Both the position numbers and the translations under genes were made by a program. A stretch of 64,000 bases of DNA from Macrostomum hystrix (Eukaryota; Animalia; Platyhelminthes). The stretch is from contig CATNEN010000007.1 of the NCBI GenBank assembly GCA_950097015.1, positions 9,672,001 to 9,736,000 of the forward strand, read 5' to 3'. The notes under the pieces were generated by a model that made no database searches, was not told where the DNA came from, and saw nothing but the letters and a program-made list of their open reading frames with translations. Positions 12,601-24,600 of the stretch are shown here, in pieces. The stretch's first letter is position 1. Each line of letters begins with the position of its first letter.

Positions 12601-15600
12601 GTGGTAACGGGAGTTGTGTGGCAGGGCAGTGGGATCCTCGATGCCAGCCTTGGTGGTTTCGACGGCTACGTTACAGCGGTGGAAATTCATTTTGGCAACG
12701 CAACCAGTGAAATGAAGAGCTACTGCAGGACTGTTAATGCTCTGCAAAACTCGGTAACTACGAGCTTTATCAGGAACAGCAAGTTGTTTACCAACGTCGG
12801 TTAATCTACGAGCGTAAACACCCGAAACTAATTTCCAGACAATCTCCACTGGGCTGCAAGACAGCAGCAGCGCTTTAAAAATGCCGATAGAAATCCCGTT
12901 TAAAGCTAAAGTTGTCCGCATCTATCCAAGAGTTTGCGTCCGAAAATGTTTACTTAGAGTTGAACTCCTTGGATACCCAGACGGTAAATTGTAGAATGCT
13001 TTGCCCTTGAAAATGTGCATTTCTAGCACTCATGGCTTACCATTGTTATTCTCCAGATTGCGGCTGGTTAGGTTCATCAGAGATGTCAGTCAATGTGACT
13101 TCGCCGTCAACTGTACAGATTAAGCTTCGCAGGCCCTACTTGCTCACCGGATGGTCGCTTCCGGATGCGCAGTCGAATGTCTCGTTCACTGCAGCGTTTC
13201 TCAGAATGCTCGATGGCGCGATGGACTCTGTGAAAGTTTTTGGAGAAAATAAGCTGGTCGGTGTTATTTACTGTGCCCTAAAAATTGAAAGTGAAATGAG
13301 TCTTGAAGTGGCACCTTCTCCCCGTTTTTAGGTTTTCTACACCAGTTTGGGACGCACTCAGAACCTTCCAACCATTGTTCGCACTTCCCTATTCGAACTT
13401 AAATTTACTGACGCTACGCAGCAAACAACTGGATTACGATTGCGTGGCTGTCCTATGCAGGGTAGGGCAATAAAAAAATTGAGTGCTGTTAAAGTGCCAA
13501 ATAAAACAAACCAACAAGCTTCACCATCCCGCAGAGTGTCCGGTAAACACCTTCCGCCATGGAAACCTCTGCTACTGGGCTCCGTTTACCGCGGGCTCGC
13601 AGCCGCACACTGTTGCTAACAGGCGCGTGGCGCAGCGTTTGTGCCAGTCAGCAGTCTGGAACGGGCCCGGCCGACTAGCCCGGATGAGGACTGAGATGGA
13701 GCTGCAGATTATCAGGAGCCTCTTAAAACCTATTTGGAACAGGTAGGTCAGTGTGAGTCTGGAACGAAAGAAATAAAAAAGAAAAGTTCGCGCACAGAAT
13801 TTCCTTGCAGTACCAATCCAGCCTACAAATTCGTTCACATCGATGGCGAGTTCAACAGCAGCAGCGGCAGATTCGAGACATCTGATGGACAGCCGCTTGA
13901 GCTGTTCCTGAACAGCTGGCACGCCTATCCGCCCGGGAACGGCTGTGTCGTGGCTGAAGTCGGCGAGCGAATGCTGTGGCGCAGCGTGGCCTGCGACAGC
14001 GAAGCAACCACCTTTCCTTTCGTGTGCGAAATTCCCACTGTTCCGGACTATAGTGAGTTGTTCATGATGTGTTCTCACAATCATTACGCAAAAGATATAA
14101 TTTTATAAATGTGGTATCAAATCGAATGCCTCACACACCTCGCTATCGTAGATGGGAGCTGCAGCAAGAGATTGTACCTGCCTGTGGTCAGCCAGGAAGC
14201 TGTGATGCCGATTGATCTGTACGCCTGGACGAATTCAACTTTCATTCCTCTCAAAGACTGTCAGAACAACGCCACAGGAAACTGCTCTGCTGTGTCGCTG
14301 ACAGATCCAATGATGACAGCTGCCATCAAGGTAGAAAGCTGGAATTCATCAACCAGGGCTTTCCAATGGATGTGTCACGGTATTGTCTGATGAATTAATT
14401 GATTTCAATAGTTTTTTACCTTTGGATATACATTTGAAATACTAGGAAATTGGAAATACTGTATAAAGTGTCCGAATCATTTTAGATTCAGCTTGCGACA
14501 GCCCTCTCATTGGCTCTAAAAATAAGTTCAGCATTTCCTCGAAATCTTGTCTGGAAGGGTATACAGCGGAAATGGCTGCGTTTAATTACATTTCAACAGG
14601 TCAGTCTTCAAGTGCTGCGGATTAAACATCAAATTGTGTTTTTCACACTTCTTACTCAATCAATTTCCTCCCAAACCAGATTCCAGAGTGGCCACTTTTA
14701 GCTTCTTTCGTGCCTCGTCGAATGGCTCGGACGAGTGGCTTCAAGTCAGCTTTGAAGCCAGCGTCCAAGTCAACGCAGTTGCAGTTTCAGGTGTATTTTG
14801 TCTTTCCGGACTTCCAAGGGAAGCCGTTTTAAAGTACATACTACTGTACTCATTTCGCGCCGGACCGTGGTTTGTTTACCCATCAGTAAGCTTGTAATAT
14901 TTTGGATGAATAGACGAATCACAACCGAATCTTAACTGAGTTAAAAATACCACCGTGCTCCGTCCAGGTCCTGCAGGGCCCAGGCTCAGACCAATGCATG
15001 TCAGTGATCGAACGACTCAAATTTTCAATGGTTGGTCGTCTGTTCAGATTCCAACCAGTGCAAGTCCAGGGCCGTCTGGCTGGCAAGTTTGAACTGTTCG
15101 GCTGCAATATATCGTCACCAGACATCTCTGAGATCCCAGTCGCAACACTCAGGCCACATCAGCTGATGGTTCGGAGAGCTGCAAACCTGAGTTCTTGGCC
15201 TCCCGGTCCGTCCTCTCTGCTGTGGGGTCCCGAGCTGCTGTCGCTGCCAGTCGATGCTACCGTGCGATTCACTTTCACTGTGCCACATCTGTTGTACGGC
15301 TTTGTAACACAGGGCAACGCTGACTCATATGTAGATAGGTTTGAGCTGCAGTATGGCGCAAGCGATACGGATGTGGCAGTAGATGTGACCCGGTCATTCT
15401 TACCAGACCGTAGCGAGCTCGGCGTTGTAGCTGGGTTCCTCGAGATCAGAGAGGACCTGCCAAAGCCGGTAACCGCGAAATTCGTTCTGCTAAGATCCCT
15501 TCGCGTCTTCGGAGACGGCCAGCTGCGCATCGGCCTTCTCGCTCTGCCGATAGGTGAGTTCATGGAGGCCATTGCAGGATCTGATTCTGTTACCACATTG

Positions 15601-18600
15601 TTGCATATGCTGCATGCTATGCTGCATTATTCATAGATTTATTTTCTTCTAAAGGTAGTCTATGTGCCATCGGGGCAAGATGTTACCATACACCTTGTTT
15701 GCTAGAAACTTCAATGCCCTTAAGGGTAAAGAAATATAAGAGCGAGCTTCGTGCTCATGCCAATTTGGAGCTGCTCAAATAACGCCCTTCTTCAATTCAT
15801 AAACCCAAGTACCTTCGTGTCCTTCAAACGTAACACGCATTTTGACTGCTGAATACCGGAAACTCCAGAATGTCCTCCGGTTCCATTCGCTGCGGTTTCT
15901 CAGCTCACTCAGCAGGAGCAGCTGGTGTTGAACTTCGCGCTGGATCGTCCATACTACTTGACCAATCTAAGCATCAGTGCACTGCTTGTGGGCGCCTCAG
16001 CTACTATTCGGCTGACAGTTGGGAACTCCTTGGAAGAACAGGTATTCTGGGATGAAGATTTATTTGCTCCTGGGTCATAGTCAACAGTACAGATTCGCGA
16101 TTTTAGATTATCAGCCTGAGGAGTGGTGCGAATTCCATCTGGCTGAATCGAACCCCGGTCGCTAAGGTTGGCCAGCTGATTGCGAACAAGTCCGAGCTAG
16201 CGGGTCTGAATGTTTCATTCTTCGGTTGCGCTACTGGAGGTGAGACATGGAGCTGTCAATGTTGCTTTGGTCGCAACATGTGTACAGTCTTAATTTAGCT
16301 AAAATTATTTGTTCGATTGTTTTGGCTTGAGTTGTAAAAAAGGATTCTCAATCCAGGCTGTCCGGTGAATTTCTACTACTTCGAGGGTCGCTGTCGCTTC
16401 CATCTGGTCGAAGGAGCCCCGGGTCTGTCACGTCCGGTGGCCGAAAAGCTTTGCGCAAACCTAAGCTGGCACAAACCGGGCGGCCTGTTCCAGCCCAGGA
16501 GCTTCTATGAGTATCCGGTCCTTAAACTGGCCTTTATTGACTGGGATCTGTGAGCGAATAATACTGTATATTCCAAAATCTTCTCGAGTATAATAGTAGA
16601 AAGTATCTGAGATGATTATAGAGCTGGCTCTCTCTTTCATTTGACTCTCCACAATGACTGAAAAGCCTCCCCTCTCCGGTCTTCGAAGTCAATCCTCACA
16701 GCTCCTGACGCCGGCTGACGCCGTGTTTCACATAGCTGCTCGCCTGCAGTCCGGACAATGGGTCTCGGCCGCCAACGAGTCCCTCGACTGGACCCACTGG
16801 AGCATCGGCCAACCAAATTCGTCGGACGAATGCGCCGCGACACGCCTGACGGAGGAGGCCTGGCTGCCGGTGTCCTGCGACAACTTCAAGGCTCAGGTCG
16901 CTTGCCAGACTGATCCCGGTGAGTTGGGACCCCGGGTTCAATTATTCAACTTCCCGAGCAGAAATTCAACCGAAAGTTTTTTAAAACTAAAACAGATGAA
17001 AACCTGCGGCTAAGCTGCCAAAACCCGTACTACAACGTGCTTTACAACACATCAGCAGCTCCTAGGGCGATCAGAAATGTTTCTGACCTTCTTTCTGGTC
17101 TGGCCAGTTGTCAAGCGACTGCATGTGACGGACTGCAGACAGCAATGGGCCGAGTCGCAACCGTCAGCAACGACTCTGCGGGATTAGAGTTGATCTCCGA
17201 TGGCTGCTCCCATTTTATTCAGAAGGTGTGCCGCGGTGAGTGGGGAGAATCTTCATCTCGATGATTAGTACACGAATCGTGCAAATGCTATTTAAACCAA
17301 CAAAGAGTCTGTACACTACCTGAAAATAGGCATGTGTGTGCTCGGAGTCTGTGAAACGAAGCTCTCATTGCTTGTCGCAGAACTGTGATTATAATGAAAT
17401 TCCAGAAACTTGCTGGTCGAGGCTTTTCGATCTGCAGCCGAATGTGTCAGCATCAGTCTCATCTAACGGGACGAGCGGATCAGCACAAGGTGCTGAAATG
17501 CGTTTTAGCACAACGAGCGGCAGTTACGGTTTCTTCAATGGTTATTATATCCAGGTAAAATCCAGCACTGTGATCCTCAGTCGAAATGAATCTGTTATCC
17601 ACCGGGTGCACCATAGCTGCTCATTGCTAAATAATTTTGCAGTTGTCATTCAACCAGCTAATTCGCTTGACGGCTCTAGCTTTCTGTGGTGCGGGAATCA
17701 ATCTGAAAAGTGGAAATGTCGAAGTACTGGCTTACGATATGGTACTGGTGCATTTCTTCGATGGAAAAACAATGGAATGGGCTGTTGCGACTACGGACAA
17801 CGATATTGTACGTTTGCGATACACAAACATGAGTTACATGAGTTTGCGTATCTTTTAAAAATAAGCTAAAAATTATATGCTATCTAACAATAGGCCCTCC
17901 ATGTGGCTGCACAGCGGAAAAGTCTACTCAATCAGCCTGTGATTCTGAAAATTGCCACCGAAATTGTGACGATGAACTTTCGAGTGTCTCCCAGCAAGTA
18001 CAGCCCAGATTACGCCTTTAAGTATGAGCTTTTTGGATGCGTTGTCACCGGTATAGTTTATGCTTTTGTCATTTTCTTTCAATGTGCAGTACAGTCGCTT
18101 TTCTTCGCCTGCATAACTCTAAATTCATTTTCAGCACCGAATTGCGTTGGCCGCAACAGCACAGAGATCGGATTGGTCAGTGCAGACTGTTTCAACGACT
18201 GGATCGTGGTGTACAAAAACTTTGGCAGCGATTCCGCTATGAACCGCTCCATGGCTGAGTATTTCTACGGCTTCCAATCAGACGGCCTCAGCTGGCTCGG
18301 GCTGAACCCAGTCAGCGAGGCCACCGCCACACAGGACTTCTCTGTTCGCTTCGACGTGTGGCTCTCGGACGGTAGCTTCCGCTACGTGGAGTGCAGCTGG
18401 ATGCGACTCACGCCACCGTTTGATGGTTTCCGGCTGCTTATCGAAGGCTGCTTCAGTGATTTTCGCGAGCAGCGCCTGATTGAGACGCTCAACGGTACCA
18501 GATTTTCCACGTTTGACCACGGTGACTCTCGATCGTGTGCGGCTACCACGGGCAGTGGTTGGTGGTTCAAAGACTGTCTTGGAACCAAGCTCACGGGCTC

Positions 18601-21600
18601 CGCACTTGCTAATCGCTCAGACTCTCTGCGTTGGTTCAACTCATCTGGTGGGCAGGTCTTCGTGCGGATCATTCAGAAATCCTATAAACCACCGCGTAAG
18701 TTTAAGCACGTCGAGTTTCAAAAATTTTACGATAATTTTCTATCCAAAGTTAGAAAGTTAAAAAGTTAGAAAGAATCGATCAAATTTTAGCAAGAGCAAT
18801 CGATGAGCAATGCTATTCTGACGTAGCGTGCTCTCTGACTATGAATACGGCCTGCTTGTCACCTGGACCTGTGCTCAACACGAGTTGTCTCTGCCGCTCT
18901 AGTTTTGTTCGTTTGGGCAATCAGTGCGTTCCCGGTAAGGCCAAGTTCAAATCTCTAATAGTTTCGATCGGCACTGATCGCATTCCTAAAATTTTCACAG
19001 GAAACTCATAACGCACAATATCGTGAGAAACTATTTTTCCTATTTCAGTCGTGGACTTAATGGCAATCAACGTATCCATTGTTCAGCCTCTGAGGCCCGT
19101 CATCAGAGCCCAGCCGACTAACTTGACGCTTCGCATGAGCATCGGCTTATCGTCTAAAGCTTTCAGCGGCTCTGTTCGAACGGACTATTCATTCGCCGCT
19201 TTTCTCACTGGAAATGGGGTTAATATGTCGATCAAGCCGTTGCTCACTCCAACAGAAAGCACAAACTCAAGCCAAGAAGTTGGAGAGCTGCGTCAGTTCG
19301 AGATCGTGGTTCCCGTGACTGTTCCAGCTGGAGGAGCCTGCAGGCTGTTCACTCAGGTGTGCGTGGCAGCTGCAGTCGGACCTTCAGCTGGATTCGTTGA
19401 GGAAGACCAGACAAACAATGCTGTGTGCAATGCGATCACTTGCATGTGCCAGCCTGAGCTCAGCGTCTCAGCATCCTTGTCAATAGAAGGGCTGCGAACT
19501 CGCTCAGTTTCGTCTCCCATTTTACTGAACGTTACCCTGCTGTTAAATGCAAACAGTTTTGCACCTGTGGCCTCCGTGCCAGCACCCGATGCAAACTTTG
19601 AGCTCTCGGTACTCTACTCTCCGGTTGATTGCAGTCATAACTCAACCTGCTTGGCTGAGGCAAGAAGTTTTCGATCCAACAAAGAGCAGGTTAGAGATGC
19701 CATACCTCCTGGCGAGCAACTGCATGTGACTGTGTCCAACTCACAGACACTGGGCCTTTTAGACTGCGAGTACTATAGTTTTCTGTGCGTGCATGCCACC
19801 ACAGGTAGCAACGCCAGCCTAACCTTGGCTTTCCCGGACTTGGCAATTGCATGCTCACCCCTTCCGAGAAACTGTACTCCAGGCGCAGACATTGAGCTTG
19901 AGTCCATCGACTTTGCGGTTCTCAACTCGACATGGATTCGAAGATATCCAGCAACTCTGGCGGTTTCTTGTGCTCTGCGCCTCAGAGGTGGCATCCCTGT
20001 AGAAGCCGTGCCTTCTCCGAGAATCAATTTCCAACCTCGAGTGTTTCTGCGTGGATCTGAAAGCTTCTATCCTCAAGTGAGCGACTGTGCCCAAGATGAG
20101 CAGCGCATGGAGCTGGCCTTCAATGTCACTCTAAACTGCCGACTCACATTCAATGTTAGCTTGGAGATGTGTGAGAACCTCACTGATCTGTGCACGGAAG
20201 TCAACGCCAGTCCTAACGCATCTTACACAGAGATGGACATGACCAATAACCTGCGATGTTTGCCATTACAGGGCAATCTATCGTGCTCAGAAGTACCTAT
20301 ACTTAACATTAGCTCTAGTTTATCTAATTCGGTACTAAGACTTGGAGAGAGTTCTACGCTGTCCATCTCCTGGGAGCAGGGCTCCGCAGTAGATGTCGCT
20401 GTGAACGTTAGCAATGGTGCTCACATGACTTGGAACTGGCGGACAGCCGGTCACGTGACCAGTTTCAAGCAACATTCAGTCAGCTGGAACATCAGCTTCG
20501 GAGACGACGTCGGACTTTTCTCACTTAATATCCTAGTAACAAATGGATTTTCATCATGGACAAGAGAATTGAGGGTGGAGGTCATTCCTTACCTACCCGA
20601 CTTCTTGGATTTCAATTTCGATTGCGTAGCGGCACCAACTCCGCTGAACGGCAGCCTCAGGCTTTCAATGCTCCGGGGAGGTCCTAACTCCCACCTAACA
20701 GCCGCATGCAGTGCTCAGCTTCTACAGGAGAGCGAGCTGTATAATTTCACTGCGGATCTTCGACCTGGAAGCACTCAGCAGGAAATCCTGATCTTTGACT
20801 TGACAAGCCAGCCCTTTACTTTAGCGAACATATCATGTTGGAACTCACTGAGCACTGCAAGCAGGACTTTTTACGTAATTTTGCAACAGAACATCAGCGG
20901 TCTCCAAGCAAATGCAAGTCACGTGGTGGCAACCAACCAAACTCTTTGGCTCACCCTCACCATTGAGCAGGGGAGCCATGTGGACTACCACATTGATTTC
21001 GGCAACGGGACTTCAGCGAAGTTTCCAGATGCACAGCTGCTTGCATGGCAGATGCCTGATACTTTGGCACTGGCTTTCAATCCGCCCGGCAGATACGACC
21101 TCACTGTCGTGGCCACAAACTTTCATACGCATTCAAAAGTTCAATCTTTCAGTGTAATAGTCCAAAATCCAGTCGCCCATCTTGGTATTAAGGTTCCTGA
21201 GTACATTGAGCTTAGTTCTCATGGATATTTGGTGATCAGTCAGGTGGACCCGAGGCCAACGAACGCTACTTGTTCTGTCCGCTTTGGAAATCGGTCTGAG
21301 AATCTCTGCTTCTCTGGTTTTGCTAACACGTCCGTCTCCTGTTCGAGAGCTCTGCTCTACGGCCCAGAACCAGTCAAAGTAACTTGTTGGAATCTCGTTT
21401 CATCTGCAGAGGTCTTGAATGAGAGCTCTCAGTGCCAAGAAGCAATTTCTGGCTTGTCATGGTCAGGCCCTATGACAGTTCTGACAGGAGAGATACTGAA
21501 CTTCAAGGTGAATCTCGATTCTGGAACAAGCGTCCAGTTCAATGTGAACAGCAGTGACGGGCAGTGGATGTCTTTAGAGTACAACAAAACATCCGCCCTT

Positions 21601-24600
21601 GCCTTCAACATCAGCGGAAACTACAGTGTGAAGCTGCTCGGCTGGAATGGTGTCAGCAGTCAGTCTGTTCTGGTCGGACCGATAGTGGTGCAGGATGCCG
21701 TCAGGAGCTTGCAGATCGTCCACAATGACAGTGTGCTCTACACTCCAGCGCAGGTGCACTTCACTCTCCGTTGCATGGTGAGCCTTGTCAACCTTCACTG
21801 CGTCTTCAACTGGACAGGACTAGGCACTCGCTATTTGTACGTGCCCGAGATTGGTCCCGACGCGGACTTCTTCATGGTCAATCAGTTTGAAAGAGATGCC
21901 TTGGGGCTCCGCAACTTCACCGTAAACTGCTCAAACCTTGTCTCGTGGCAGCTCCTTCCAATGACAATTGAAATCATTCTTGATGCGGTAAGAATTTCAG
22001 ATTTCCGAACGAACGGCTCCGTGTTGGTTTATAATGCGACAACATTCTTTCTGGAAATCGGGAGATACGGAACCAACGGCTGCTTTATAGTTGACTATGG
22101 TGACTCAAGCTATGAATGCTTTGGAATTGGCGAAGCTTGCAGGCAGTATGCCAGCAACAGGAGCATCCAGTTCAACGAGCTGCCTTACACAAACCTGTCC
22201 ATCTCGTTCACTCATTCGTATCCGGACGTTGGAATTTTCCTAGCAAATGTCTTCGCCTTTAATCACGTCAGCAACGATACGGTCGGAACGCGGGCGGTGG
22301 TGCTGGAACGAATTTGCGGGCCTCCCCACCTGAATTTTTCCTATAAAGGAGAAGTCATATCTCAGGGAGACTCGAAATACCCAATTCTGCTGATGCGCTC
22401 TGAGCAGCTTAGCGTGGAGTCTCAGGTGGAGCTGAACTGCACCAAGACCAGCATCACTGTTCAGCGGTGGCGCATCGAGGACAAGAACGGGCCTCTGTCT
22501 CTGGCCCTAGGAAACTCGTTCACCCTCAGCCTGCCCAATCGAACCCTGTGGTACGGCATGTACAATGTGCTGCTCAACGTGTCCATGTTCGATGTCAACC
22601 CACCTGTGTCCGCTGAATTCAGCTTCTTCCTCAACGTGAGCAAGACTCCACTCACCCTGGAGTTCGCTTCCACCAATGCGTCAGTAGACTACAACGTGAC
22701 TGAGGCTGTCTCTGTCAGCGCTCGCGACTGGGATGTGGAGAAGGACAACCTGACTGGGATGCTGTTCAGATGGCACTGCAGACAGGAGGCAGAAACCAGC
22801 GGCTTTCCCCTTGGACCCACCGAACGAGTCAGCATCCCGAACAGCCAGAGCGCCGCTGTGTTCACGGGATGCTTCGGAAATGGCGCTGGAGTCTTTCTTG
22901 AAGGCCCCAAGCTGAACGAGACGGCCATTAACTCCTGGCACTTCCTGCCGAACAGGTCTTACGTGATTCGGGTGGCTGTCTTCAAGGACACTCGACTCGC
23001 CACTGCAGACCTGCGAGTATTTGTCAGACCACAGAAGGCGGCGCAGATTAGATTGAGGTAAAGATGCGAGCTAGATACGAAAAATAAGAATTACACATTT
23101 TTATTTGCTTTGCATATCTACGAACTATTTTATTCTTCAGATGTGTTCTAAATTGCGGTTACAAAGTGACACCGAATTCGCCTTGGTCCATCAACTCCCA
23201 GTGCTTAGAGAATTGTGGCAATAAGTTTAGCAGTGTCTCATATAAATGGACAATGCACCCTTTTCTCAGTGCTGCTCCAGATGACTTATCGGCCGTGGCT
23301 CACTTCAGTAAGTACGAAAATCAACATTTTACTCTCATGGAATTACTGACACAGTTTCTAACCAATCATTTGTTTTAGGCCCATCAGGTGACACAATCAC
23401 AAGAAGGCCAGACACTCTCCAGATAGGAATCGAGTACCTGGTCAGCGTTTCTGTATCCGGCTTCGCCCAAGAAGGACCCAGCTCGCTGTCAGACCTGCGC
23501 GTCATAAACAGGCCTGCGAGCGGAGGCAGCTGCGACGTTGAGCCAAAACTCGGCACGGCCATGCTCACAAACTTCCGGATTTCCTGCTGGGACTGGCTGG
23601 AGTTCAACGTCACGGAGTCTCGGCTCATTTACGAATATCGAATCCGACCTAAGGGCGAGCAGAGAAGTTTGCTCTTGTTCTACGGGCCTGCTGCCGTCAC
23701 ACCCTGGGTCATCCTGCCCGTCGGGGCCTATCTTCACGGCTACGAGTCGGAGGTAATTCTCAACATTATCGACAGACTGAATGACAGGGCCACCGTTGTC
23801 GTTAACATCACGGTAAGTCGCATATACGAGATACGAGATACTCGTAGATACTTTGGCTCATTTGGGACTCCTTCACTGCTTTTCTTTATCATAAGCACCT
23901 CTGAAAACTAACCAATGGCAGGTGAACCCGCCACCAATCCCAGCCAATACCCTAATCTCAAATATAACGGCGGTGTTGGATGGCACTGACGACGAGCTGA
24001 CTCAGCACCTGCTGAGCGGCAACCAGCAGGGAGCCTTCACATGCGTGATGTCGCTCTTGTCGGTCATGAATGCAAAAAATGAGGATGCCGAGGGCGCCAA
24101 TTCAACGGCTGCAAAGACTGCAGCTTTCCAGCGAGCAATGTCTGGGGTAGGAGGCAGTGAAAAGTATATTTGTAGCCGCCAGTTAAACTAGAAATTATAA
24201 TATCTTGCTCACTTTTCAGCTTCGAGAAAAGTTAATCGACATTGTGGCAAACTTTTCCGTCAGTTCTCGAGAGGACTTGGAGCAGGTGAACGATGCTCTC
24301 AGAAACTCTGTTCCGGCAGAAAGAGCCAACCAAGTGAACCTGGAGTCACTGGTATGTGCTTTTCACGATTTCGGCCTTTGGTTTTGTAGTTGCTGATTTT
24401 GGTTTTGCGAAGAAACTATTGCATAACTCATCACTTTCAGCTAATGTGCACCTCCAAACTGCATGAGATTTCGGGCAGTTACAGCCAAAATGCCGAGACG
24501 CTGAGTGGGGACCTGCCGCAACTCATCGGAAAAGGTTAAACAAATCATAAGTTCTGCATTTTCCGTGCTTTGTATTCGATGGTTTAGGTCACATAGATGA

